A stretch of DNA of 31,423 nt, taken from assembly GCA_964497005.1 (NCBI GenBank), contig CAZCCS010000003.1, positions 1-31,423 of the forward strand. Direction: 5' to 3'. The notes under the pieces were generated by a model. It was not told the origin of the DNA, ran no database searches, and saw nothing but the letters and a program-made list of their open reading frames with translations. Below, piece by piece: positions 16,652 through 24,444 of the stretch (positions are counted from its first letter, which is position 1; each line of letters begins with the position of its first letter). Position numbers and translations under genes: made by a program. Source of the stretch: an uncultured Acidimicrobiaceae bacterium. Its GTDB lineage: Bacteria; Actinomycetota; Acidimicrobiia; Acidimicrobiales; Palsa-688.

Positions 16652-16696
16652 AACCGACCGCCCCCGCCGTCCCCGCGCGACAGCCGCCCTTTGTCC

Positions 16697-16751
16697 GATT
16701 TCGCCCCCATTTACCTTCCTGACCTGCAGGAATGGAAGGCGAGGGGCAATC
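16697..16751. terminator. Long imperfect hairpin between the GT39 stop and the ECF sigma promoter
   Basis: Arms GATT..GCCCC/GGGGC-AATC and CCTTCC/GGAAGG enclose TGACCTGCAGGAAT. Confidence 0.35.
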
Positions 16752-16781
16752 GCAAAATTTCCCTCCTACGTATGATTGGTC

Positions 16782-17363
16782 GTGGCACGTGTAGGGCTAC
16801 CAGCCGATCGCATGGCAGACGAGGTGCTCCTCGCCGGCCTCAGTGGCGGCGGCCCCGATGTGGGCCTGGCGTTCGTACGACGCTTCCAGCGGCACGTTTT
16901 CGGAGTGGCGCTCGCCGTTCTGGGAGACCCCTCGCTCGCTGAGGACGTCGCTCAACAAACCTTCATACGGGCGTGGCGGGCGGCCCCCGGGTTCGACTCG
17001 TCGAGAGGCTCCGTACGCACCTGGCTCACCACCATCGCCCACAATCTCGCAGTCGACGCCGCCAGGCGGCGCAAGGCTACGCCGCTCGATCCGTCCGACC
17101 TGGTCCGGCTCATGGGACCGGGGATCGACGAGCCGGAACTCAAGACCATGAAGGAGGAGTCGGCACGGGAGCTCCGGGCCGCGATCGGGTCGTTACCCCC
17201 CGACCAGGCCCGCGCCGTGGTCATGGCAGGGGTCTACGGCCTCACCGCTCAACAGGTCGCCGATGCCGAAGGCATCCCGCTGGGCACCGCGAAAACACGC
17301 ATCCGCTCCGCGATGCACAAGCTCCGCTCAACGCTCGACCCAGGAGTGATCCGCCATGGCTGA
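16782..17363 (+). CDS. ECF-family RNA polymerase sigma factor (SigK-like)
   Basis: Region 2 AEDVAQQTFIRAWR...RGSVRTWLTTIAHNLAVD and region 4 IPLGTAKTRIR. GTG at 16782 lies 5 nt after TATGAT; ATG at 16812 is the alternative. Confidence 0.93.
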   Translation: MARVGLPADRMADEVLLAGLSGGGPDVGLAFVRRFQRHVFGVALAVLGDPSLAEDVAQQTFIRAWRAAPGFDSSRGSVRTWLTTIAHNLAVDAARRRKATPLDPSDLVRLMGPGIDEPELKTMKEESARELRAAIGSLPPDQARAVVMAGVYGLTAQQVADAEGIPLGTAKTRIRSAMHKLRSTLDPGVIRHG

Positions 17364-18021
17364 CCAGCCGACTCATGACTTCGCTACGTCCTCCGGCGGT
17401 GGGCACGTGACCGACCTCGCCCCCGAGCTCGCCCTCGGAATCCTCCCCGAAGCCGAGGCCGAGGCCGCACGCGACCACATGCGCACCTGCCCGGCGTGCT
17501 CGGCAGAGGTCGCCTCCCTGACGCCCGTGGCCGACCGGCTGCTCGAGCTGGTGCCGGGCACCGAACCCCCTCTCGGTTTCGAGCGGCGGGTTCTCGCCGC
17601 GGTGTCTCCGTCCTCCACGCGCCGATTGAGGTTTCACCACCGCTCGCTCCTGACGGTGGTGTCGGCCGCCGCGGCCGCGGCGATCGTGTTCGGCACCGTC
17701 GGGTGGATTGCGGGCCGCGGCACCACCTCCCACCATGTCCGGACAGCCGCAGAGCTGGTCGCCAGCGGACGAGACGTCGGAGAGGTCGAGGCCTACGGCC
17801 ATCCCGCATGGTTGAGCGTCAGCGTGCACGGCGTCGCCAACGCCGACCGGGTGACGTGTCTGGTCGTCGGCAAGGACGGCAACGTCCGGACGATGGGCTC
17901 CTTCGACCTGGTGAAGGGCAGCGGGATGTGGAGCACGCCCGACCCGTCTGGGTTGTCGGGGGTGGCCGAGGCCAGGCTGGTAGGCACCGACGGTCACGTA
18001 CTGGCCATCGCTCACTTCTGA
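17356..18021 (+). CDS. Zinc-finger (zf-HC2/ZAS) transmembrane anti-sigma factor
   Basis: HMRTCPAC (HxxxCxxC), one TM helix, extracytoplasmic C-terminal domain; 8-bp overlap with the sigma gene. Confidence 0.9.
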   Translation: MADQPTHDFATSSGGGHVTDLAPELALGILPEAEAEAARDHMRTCPACSAEVASLTPVADRLLELVPGTEPPLGFERRVLAAVSPSSTRRLRFHHRSLLTVVSAAAAAAIVFGTVGWIAGRGTTSHHVRTAAELVASGRDVGEVEAYGHPAWLSVSVHGVANADRVTCLVVGKDGNVRTMGSFDLVKGSGMWSTPDPSGLSGVAEARLVGTDGHVLAIAHF

Positions 18022-18067
18022 GTCGATTACTTCTGAGTCGCTCACTTCTGAGTCGCTCACTTCTGAG
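18008..18067. repeat. Tandem repeat, 4 x 15 bp (TCGCTCACTTCTGAG)
   Basis: Units at 18008, 18023 (TCGATTACTTCTGAG), 18038 and 18053; the first contains the anti-sigma stop codon. Confidence 0.95.
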
Positions 18068-18170
18068 GGGATCCACCGGCGCCAATCCTGATCCCGGTAC
18101 TGTCGGCTACGAGGGGCGTCGACCCGACCGGAACTCGCTCGGACTCGCTCCCCGTGAGGAGGTCCGGGCC

Positions 18171-18782
18171 GTGTCGTCAAGCACCGCTGCACGCGAAAGC
18201 GGCAGCTACCCCCTCGGCATCGACGTCACCGGGCCGCCCGAAGTCGAGCGGTGGCGCCCTCTCGTCAACTGGCTGCTCGTCATACCTCACCAGCTGTGGC
18301 TCCTCGTCCTGACGCTCGGCGCGAACGTGCTCGCGTTTCTGGGCTGGTTCGTCATCCTCTTCACCGGCCGGCTGCCCGACACTTGGAGCGATTTCATCGT
18401 CGGGGTTCTGCGCTACCAGTGGCGGATCCTCGCGTACCTCTACGCGTGGACCGTGGAATACCCGACCTTCAACCCGGTGCCCGGGCACATCGACCCCGGC
18501 GACTACCCCGCCGTCCTGTGGTGCGCACGCGCGGTCGAACGCAACCGGGTCACCGTGCTCCTCCGGGCCATCCTGGCGATCCCGCAGCTGGTCGTCCTGT
18601 CCGTCTATGGCATCGCCGCCTCGGTCGTTCTGATCGTCGCCTGGTTCGCGGTGCTGTTCACGGGTCGCTGGCCGGAGGGAATGCGCAGTTTCGTCATCGG
18701 GTACTTCCGATGGCAGCTGCGGGTGTACGCGTACCTGTACCTTCTCACCGACGTGTACCCGCCTTTCGACACCACCCCCTGA
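18171..18782 (+). CDS. DUF4389-family membrane protein (two internal repeats)
   Basis: Duplicated motif R..V..R..L.IPH/Q...W..(I/V)LFTGR.P......G..R...R...Y....T..YP.F. SD GAGGAGG at 18156-18162, 8 nt before GTG 18171. Confidence 0.85.
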   Translation: MSSSTAARESGSYPLGIDVTGPPEVERWRPLVNWLLVIPHQLWLLVLTLGANVLAFLGWFVILFTGRLPDTWSDFIVGVLRYQWRILAYLYAWTVEYPTFNPVPGHIDPGDYPAVLWCARAVERNRVTVLLRAILAIPQLVVLSVYGIAASVVLIVAWFAVLFTGRWPEGMRSFVIGYFRWQLRVYAYLYLLTDVYPPFDTTP

Positions 18783-18791
18783 ACGGAGACC

Positions 18792-19487
18792 ATGAGCGAA
18801 GGAAACCGCTGGGAGAGACCCGCCGGCGAGGAGCACAACACCGGCCTGCCGGCTTCAGCGCCGTTTCGGGAAGGACCATGGGATCGGCCGAGGGCCCAAG
18901 GCGAACACTGGGCCCAGCCGGCGCAGCAGGGGGCCCAGCCGGCGCAGCACCGGGCCCGTCCGGCTTTTGCGCCGCCCGATCCCGCAGTGGTCGGGGGTCC
19001 GCCCTGGCCGGCCCTCGTCGCGGTAGGCCAATACGTGCCGCCGAGGATGATCCGATGGCCGATCGTGGTCGGTTTTCTGGCCCTGGCTCTGGCGATCGTC
19101 GTGTCGATCGCGGTGTCAGGTTCGAGCACCATCTCGCACCGGGTTTGGATCACACAGCACACGCGGACCATCGACACCATCAATCAGGACGAGCGCGCGA
19201 CCATCGCCGACAACCCCGCCCAGGGAGGCTCGGTAAGCAAGTGGATCGCCGACTGGGAGAACCTCCACAACGACGTTGCCGCCGCGGCCAGCCTGCCCAA
19301 CCCGGGCGGAGCGGCCAACGCGCCGTGGAGGGAGTTGATCAACGACTATTACAACGGCTCGTCCGAGATCCTCCAAGGGGTCCGCACGGACAACCAGGGT
19401 CTCATCAACCGTGCCCTGCGAGACCTTGCCGCGGGCAACAGCGCCGCCCGCGAGTTCGACCGGGTCATGGGTCTCAGTTCGTCCTGA
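18792..19487 (+). CDS. Hypothetical membrane-anchored protein (Pro/Gln-rich N-terminus, one TM, helical C-terminal domain)
   Basis: GGAGA SD, 9 nt after the DUF4389 stop, clear TM (IVVGFLALALAIVVSIAV), GC3-biased codons. No family recognised. Confidence 0.75.
   Translation: MSEGNRWERPAGEEHNTGLPASAPFREGPWDRPRAQGEHWAQPAQQGAQPAQHRARPAFAPPDPAVVGGPPWPALVAVGQYVPPRMIRWPIVVGFLALALAIVVSIAVSGSSTISHRVWITQHTRTIDTINQDERATIADNPAQGGSVSKWIADWENLHNDVAAAASLPNPGGAANAPWRELINDYYNGSSEILQGVRTDNQGLINRALRDLAAGNSAAREFDRVMGLSSS
18910..18964 (+). repeat. Intragenic 21-bp tandem repeat (about 2.5 copies) encoding xAQPAQQ/H
   Basis: GGGCCCAGCCGGCGCAGCA at 18910 and 18931, degenerate third copy at 18952. Confidence 0.8.
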
Positions 19488-20337
19488 GATCCTCCCCGAA
19501 CAGCTTGTCGAGCTGGGGCCCTATCGCTTGCATCGCGTGTTCGTCGGCCTCTGCCGCCTGCGGGGGCAGAGGCTCCGACAACCTGCCGAGAGGCGTTACC
19601 GAAACCAGGCCTCGCTCGATGGCGCCGCCGTCGGTGCCCTCGGGCAGGGAGACCGCGTCACCCCACTTCATGACCACTCGGTAGCTGCCCGGGTGCCCGA
19701 CCTTCGGTTCGAGGTGCGCGTCGGCTATGACACGAGGCGGGATCCTCCCGGTCGACGTTCGCTGCCAGCCCCGCATCCTGTCCACGTCCGAGTTCGGAAC
19801 GTTCAGATTGATGACCACCGGCGCGGGAGGCGGATTGGATGCCAGCCCTCCGACCACAGCTGCAGCGACATCAGCGGCGCCGTCCCAGCACTGGTCGCGG
19901 AGCATCTCGTCCCAACCCTGGCCCTCGACACCGAATCCGCGTACCGCCTGGCTCACCGCCACCCCGGTCATGCCACCGACCCGTGCGGTCAGGGCCGCCC
20001 CCACCGTTCCGGAGTGGTACACGGATCGTCCCACGTTGACCCCAGGGTTGATCCCCGCGACCACCATGTCGAAAGGAGGGCCGAACGCCCCGAGCCGGGC
20101 GAACATGACGCAAAGCGCCGGCGGGCCGCTCACCGCCCAGACGACGCCGAGGGGTTCGAGCTTGATCTCATGCACCTCGGGATGGATCCGGTGAAGGGTC
20201 CCGAGCGCGGCACTAGCGCCTGAATACTCGTCGTCGGGGGCCACGACCGTGACATCCCCGAATTCCTGCATAGCGATCGCCAGCACTCGCAGCCCCTCGG
20301 AGTCGATGCCGTCGTCGTTGGTGACCAGGATTCGCAC
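19474..20337 (-). CDS. surE: 5'/3'-nucleotidase SurE
   Basis: MRILVTNDDGIDSEG, VVAPD.EYSG, SGPPALCV, GINPGVNVG..VYHSGTVGAA, INLNVP. Confidence 0.95.
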   Translation of the reverse strand: MRILVTNDDGIDSEGLRVLAIAMQEFGDVTVVAPDDEYSGASAALGTLHRIHPEVHEIKLEPLGVVWAVSGPPALCVMFARLGAFGPPFDMVVAGINPGVNVGRSVYHSGTVGAALTARVGGMTGVAVSQAVRGFGVEGQGWDEMLRDQCWDGAADVAAAVVGGLASNPPPAPVVINLNVPNSDVDRMRGWQRTSTGRIPPRVIADAHLEPKVGHPGSYRVVMKWGDAVSLPEGTDGGAIERGLVSVTPLGRLSEPLPPQAAEADEHAMQAIGPQLDKLFGEDLRTN

Positions 20338-20401
20338 CCCTCGGTGTTACCACACCAGTCCGACGGGACCCGGCAAGGCCTAGAGCCCTAGGCTGGCCGG
20401 C

Positions 20402-20962
20402 GTGCTCTACGCATGGGGTTTCGAACGTGTGGGAGTGGTAGCCGGGGACCTGTACTTCCAGGACCCCGACCCAGCACCCGGGCAGGAAGGCGCCGAGAGG
20501 GGGGTCCGCCTCGAGGTCAGGTTCCTGGAAAGACCGCCGCTTACCGGCTCGGTCTACGCCGCCCAGCCGGTGGTGATCGACAGGCCGATATGGCGGGCAG
20601 ACCTCCTCGAAACCGTCGACGGCACCCCGGGAAGCCACGACCGCACCCACCATCATCCCCGGTTTCGGGGATGGGAGCCTGGGAGGCGCCAATTCGAACC
20701 GGAATTGAGCGCCGACCCGATCGGCTGGCTGACCGGGCGCCTGCAGGACCTAGGGTCGCTTCTTGCGGGCGCGGAGATCGACCCCGACGAGGTCGGAGCA
20801 AATGACGCGGTCGAACTCGCCAATGCCGCCCCCGAGATCGCCGCCGCCGTCGAGTCGCTGCTGGTGAGAGTCCGCAACGGCGAGCTCGCCAAACCTCCCG
20901 ACTCTCTTGCCGGCGGCGGTGACCGCGGTGACTCAAGCGGGGCGCGGGTCAGCTGGTTGTAG
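20402..20962 (+). CDS. Conserved-looking actinobacterial hypothetical protein with a DRTHHHP motif
   Basis: 186 aa globular-looking ORF with typical codon bias; TAGGCT -10 box 7 nt before the GTG. Function not recognised. Confidence 0.8.
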   Translation: MLYAWGFERVGVVAGDLYFQDPDPAPGQEGAERGVRLEVRFLERPPLTGSVYAAQPVVIDRPIWRADLLETVDGTPGSHDRTHHHPRFRGWEPGRRQFEPELSADPIGWLTGRLQDLGSLLAGAEIDPDEVGANDAVELANAAPEIAAAVESLLVRVRNGELAKPPDSLAGGGDRGDSSGARVSWL

Positions 20963-23012
20963 GAAACAGCTGGGAGATGACCGTTTCGGCCAGCTCGTTC
21001 GACCGGAAGTCGTCGGTGAACGGCTCGTCGGCGGGCGAGTGCCCGTCGGTGATCGAGCCGGGAGCGGTGGTCGTTCCGTGCACGGTTACCGGGATGTTGG
21101 CGGTCTGCTCAGCGCGAATCACGTGCATAACCGCGTTGATCAAAGCCAGATGGGTGAAGGCCTGGGGGAAGTTGCCGAGGTGCCGGCCGGTATGCGGGTC
21201 GAGTTCCTCGGCGTACAGCTCCAACGGGCTCGAGAGCGACAGGAGCCGTTCGCAGAGCCGGATGGCGCGCTCAACCTCGCCGATCTCGACGAGCGCGGAC
21301 ACCAACCAGAACGAGCAGATCGTGAAGGTTCCCTCTCTTCCCTGCAACCCGTCGTCGGTCTCGTCGGTCTTGTAACGCAGGACCAAACCTTCGTAGGTGA
21401 GCTCGTCCGCGATAGCGAGGACCGTCTTCTTGATCCGCTCGTCCTCGGGCGGCAAGAAGCGGAGCAGCGGCATGAGCAGGACCGAAGCGTCGAGGGAGTT
21501 GGATCCGTACGCCTGCACGAAGACCCCTCGCTCGTCGATACCCTTCTCGCAGATGTCGGCGTGGATCTGGTCGGCGAGGGCCTGCCATTTTTCCGCGTAG
21601 ACGCCTTCGTCGAACATCCGGGCCAAACGGGCTCCCCGGTCGAGGGCGACCCAGCACATGAACTTGCTTGTCACGAAGTGGCGCGGCTCGCCTCGCACCT
21701 CCCAGATTCCCCTGTCGGGCTCCTCCCAGTGCTCGGCCGCCTCCTCGACTTGGCGTTTCAGCATCGGCCACATCGACTCCTGCAGCTGCGCGCGAGAGCG
21801 CGCGTGCAGCAAGACCGAGTCGAGCATTGCACCCCAAACGTCGTGCTGGTTCTGCTTGTACGCGGCGTTGCCGATACGAACGGGCCAAGCCCCTTCGTAT
21901 CCGGAGAGGTGTGGAAGGGTCCGCTCCTCGAGTTCCTTCTCGCCGGCCACGCCGTACATCACCTGGAGGGTCTTGTTGTCGGTCAGAGCCTCGGCGATGA
22001 AATAGAAGAAGTCGTCGGCCTCGCGGTCGAAACCCAGGGTGTAGAGACCCCACAGAGCGAAGGTGGAATCTCGCACCCACGCGTAGCGGTAGTCCCAGTT
22101 TCGCTCGCCGTGAGGGGTCTCCGGAAGGCTGGTCGTAGGCGCCGCCAGCAGGGCCCCCGAAGGCGCGTAGGTCAGGCCCTTCAGGGTCAGCGCACTTCTT
22201 TGCAGGTAGCTGCGCCAACGGTGATCAGGGAACTCGCCCGTGGTGATCCACTGACGCCAATGCTCGGCGGTCCTCGCCATCCGCTCCGCCGCTTGATCGA
22301 AGGTCATCGGAGGTGGGAGCGGCGACCACGACAGCGCAACGAAGTGGGTGTCGCCTTCGACCATCCTGGTGCGCGCGTTCAGACCGCGCCGTTCGATCCC
22401 GGGCCTCAGGTCGGTGGTGATCCGCAGGGTCACGTCGACCCCCTCGCCGGTGGCCACCAGATGCCCGTAGCCGTCGCCCTCATAATGCCACTCCGGTTCC
22501 ACCTGCCCGTACTCGAACACCGGGTCGCATGTCATCGAAAGGTCCACCGAACCACTGACGCACTTGACCGAGCGCAGCAAGCAATGCTCCGCGTCGTAGT
22601 CGGTGGGCGAGCGCCGATGGGTCCTCGAACGCTCCGACAGGTTGTGCCACGGGCCCATGCACAGCGCGTCGCGCACGATCATCCATCCGGTGCGCGTCTG
22701 CCATGTCGTCTCGAGCATCAAGCTGCCAGGCAGATAACGCCGCGCGGCCGGGACCATCTCGTCGTAAGGACCGAGCCGGAAGGAGCCGGCGCTGCGATCG
22801 AGCATCGCACTGAAGACTGAAGGGGAGTCCGGCCGCGGCACGCACATCCACTCGACGGCGCCGCTCGGCGCGATCAAGCAGTTGCTCTCACAGTCTGAAA
22901 GGAACGCGTATTCGGCGATGGGTGGGAAGGGACTGACCCCCGACGGCCACGCCCGCTCAGCCGCGAACGATCCGGTGCTGGCGTCGGGCTGCACTCGTTC
23001 CAGGCGTTCCAT
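20949..23012 (-). CDS. Glycoside hydrolase family 15 (trehalase/glucoamylase-like)
   Basis: FPPIAEYAFLSDC, AAPTTSLPE..GERNWDYRYAWVRD, GIWEVRG...HFVTSK, FTICSFW, LYAEE...LGNFPQAFTHLALINA. Start moved to ATG at 23012 (GGAGG and TAGCAT upstream); 687 aa. Confidence 0.95.
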   Translation of the reverse strand: MERLERVQPDASTGSFAAERAWPSGVSPFPPIAEYAFLSDCESNCLIAPSGAVEWMCVPRPDSPSVFSAMLDRSAGSFRLGPYDEMVPAARRYLPGSLMLETTWQTRTGWMIVRDALCMGPWHNLSERSRTHRRSPTDYDAEHCLLRSVKCVSGSVDLSMTCDPVFEYGQVEPEWHYEGDGYGHLVATGEGVDVTLRITTDLRPGIERRGLNARTRMVEGDTHFVALSWSPLPPPMTFDQAAERMARTAEHWRQWITTGEFPDHRWRSYLQRSALTLKGLTYAPSGALLAAPTTSLPETPHGERNWDYRYAWVRDSTFALWGLYTLGFDREADDFFYFIAEALTDNKTLQVMYGVAGEKELEERTLPHLSGYEGAWPVRIGNAAYKQNQHDVWGAMLDSVLLHARSRAQLQESMWPMLKRQVEEAAEHWEEPDRGIWEVRGEPRHFVTSKFMCWVALDRGARLARMFDEGVYAEKWQALADQIHADICEKGIDERGVFVQAYGSNSLDASVLLMPLLRFLPPEDERIKKTVLAIADELTYEGLVLRYKTDETDDGLQGREGTFTICSFWLVSALVEIGEVERAIRLCERLLSLSSPLELYAEELDPHTGRHLGNFPQAFTHLALINAVMHVIRAEQTANIPVTVHGTTTAPGSITDGHSPADEPFTDDFRSNELAETVISQLFPTTS

Positions 23013-23100
23013 GGCCTCCAATGCTAAACCGGGCGGCCCGTGAAACGGTCGCTCCCGGGCCCTTATGCCCGGCTGCGTGCCGGTTGGGTGGGGGCCCCCG

Positions 23101-24378
23101 CTACGCGCGCGCTGGTGCCAGCCGGTGCAGGGCGAGGCCGCCCTCGAACGGCCGGGCGCCGAACGCCGGCGGGGCGTGGTAGCCGGTGTCGCCAAGCGGG
23201 GTGTGGGTCTCGGAAACGACAGGGCCGATCTTCTCCGCGACCGGCGTCAGGGCCTCGAGGTCGAATCCGTAGACCCTGGCGGCGTTGCCGGCGAGGAGCT
23301 TGCGGCAGCGCGCCACAGGCTGGTCGTGAAGCGCCCAGCGGATGAGCTCGCGAGAGTGCGGCGCGGTGCCTTCTTCGTGGGGATAGTCGCTTCCCCACAT
23401 GACGTGGTCCTCTCCGACGAGGTCGATGATCCCGTTCTCGTAAGGGGACAACGCGCTGGCGCCGACGTAGCAGTTGCGCTTGACGTACTCACTCGGCGAG
23501 AGGGTCAGCTGGTCCACCGAGGAACCGCCGAAGATCCCGTAGGTGCGGTTGTTGGAGGACGACTTCATGCTCGGCACCATCGCGTCGAGGGTCGCCAGCT
23601 GCATCCGCAGGAACATGGTGCCTTGCTCGGTCGGCACATACCGAAGGCGCGGGTAGCGCTCGAACACGCCGGCGAGGATGAGGTGCGGAAGGGTCCGCTG
23701 GGTCCAGCTCGCCATCTCGGTGATCAGCACCGGGTTCGACGCCGGCTGGTCCATCGGCATCTCCGGGCTGCCGGTGCCGCCGTGCTGGACGACGCTGATG
23801 TCCAGGTCCTGGCAGGCCGCCCACAGCGCGTCGTAGCGGGTGTGGAACAGCGGCTCGACCACCGGATCCCCCGGTGAGACGGCGGGGATCAGAACCCCGC
23901 CGAAGCAGCCCTGCTCCACCCCCCAACGGATCTCCTCGAGGGCCAGGTCGATGTCGTGGGGGAAGATCTGGATGAGACCCCGCCGGCGAACCGGCTCGAG
24001 CGAGCAGAAGTCAACCTGCCAACGGTTGTGGGCCTTGACGCCCTCCCACCGCAGTTCGAACTCCTCACGGGTTCGGGGCAGTTTGATGGTGATGTTCGGA
24101 ACGGTCGGGAAGAAAGGAGGGACGGTGTTCGGGAAGAGGATCTCCGCGGAGACTCCGTCGGCGTCGACCTCCGACATACGGAACCCGCTATCCCAATTGC
24201 GCTTGGCCGTGGCGATCATCAGGTCGTCGAACGGGCTCACGTAGCTCGCAGCCCACCTGTCGAACTCGTCGTGGAGCCGGCTCGGCAGGTACTGCTTGTA
24301 GTCGTGGAACTCGGCGCCGGCATGGGTGTCGGCGGAGATCACCACGTAGCGGTCGATTGTGTCCCAGGTCGCGCCCAT
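23101..24378 (-). CDS. Amidohydrolase family protein (Amidohydro_2/decarboxylase-hydratase-like)
   Basis: ISADTH metal motif, DGVSAEILFPN, HGGTG, FERYPRLR..PTEQG, MWGSDYPHEEG; SD GGAGG 5 nt upstream. Confidence 0.92.
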   Translation of the reverse strand: MGATWDTIDRYVVISADTHAGAEFHDYKQYLPSRLHDEFDRWAASYVSPFDDLMIATAKRNWDSGFRMSEVDADGVSAEILFPNTVPPFFPTVPNITIKLPRTREEFELRWEGVKAHNRWQVDFCSLEPVRRRGLIQIFPHDIDLALEEIRWGVEQGCFGGVLIPAVSPGDPVVEPLFHTRYDALWAACQDLDISVVQHGGTGSPEMPMDQPASNPVLITEMASWTQRTLPHLILAGVFERYPRLRYVPTEQGTMFLRMQLATLDAMVPSMKSSSNNRTYGIFGGSSVDQLTLSPSEYVKRNCYVGASALSPYENGIIDLVGEDHVMWGSDYPHEEGTAPHSRELIRWALHDQPVARCRKLLAGNAARVYGFDLEALTPVAEKIGPVVSETHTPLGDTGYHAPPAFGARPFEGGLALHRLAPARA

Positions 24379-24405
24379 GAAGTCCTCCCTCTGCGCTGCG
24401 AACCC

Positions 24406-24434
24406 AACGTACGCCGTTCCTTGACTGAAGTCAA
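24406..24434 (-). promoter_or_regulatory. Sigma-A promoter of the amidohydrolase gene with a palindromic operator over the -35
   Basis: Minus strand TTGACT (24434-24429), 17 nt, TACGTT (24411-24406). Palindrome TTGACT-GA-AGTCAA at 24421-24434. Confidence 0.8.
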
Positions 24435-24444
24435 ATAACCTGGC

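Noticed and set aside
17496-18170. Long open frame through the anti-sigma gene and the tandem repeat into DUF4389 (possible frameshift fusion)
   Set aside because: No slippery heptamer before the anti-sigma stop, DUF4389 has its own strong SD, and long open off-frames are expected at this GC content.
20907-22820. 637-aa plus-strand ORF, and similar shadows such as 4166-4918, 7054-8217, 11484-12656, 13302-14225, 14977-16215 and 29548-31113
   Set aside because: Antisense or off-frame shadows of well-supported genes, caused by GC3 bias; no recognisable motifs or start signals.
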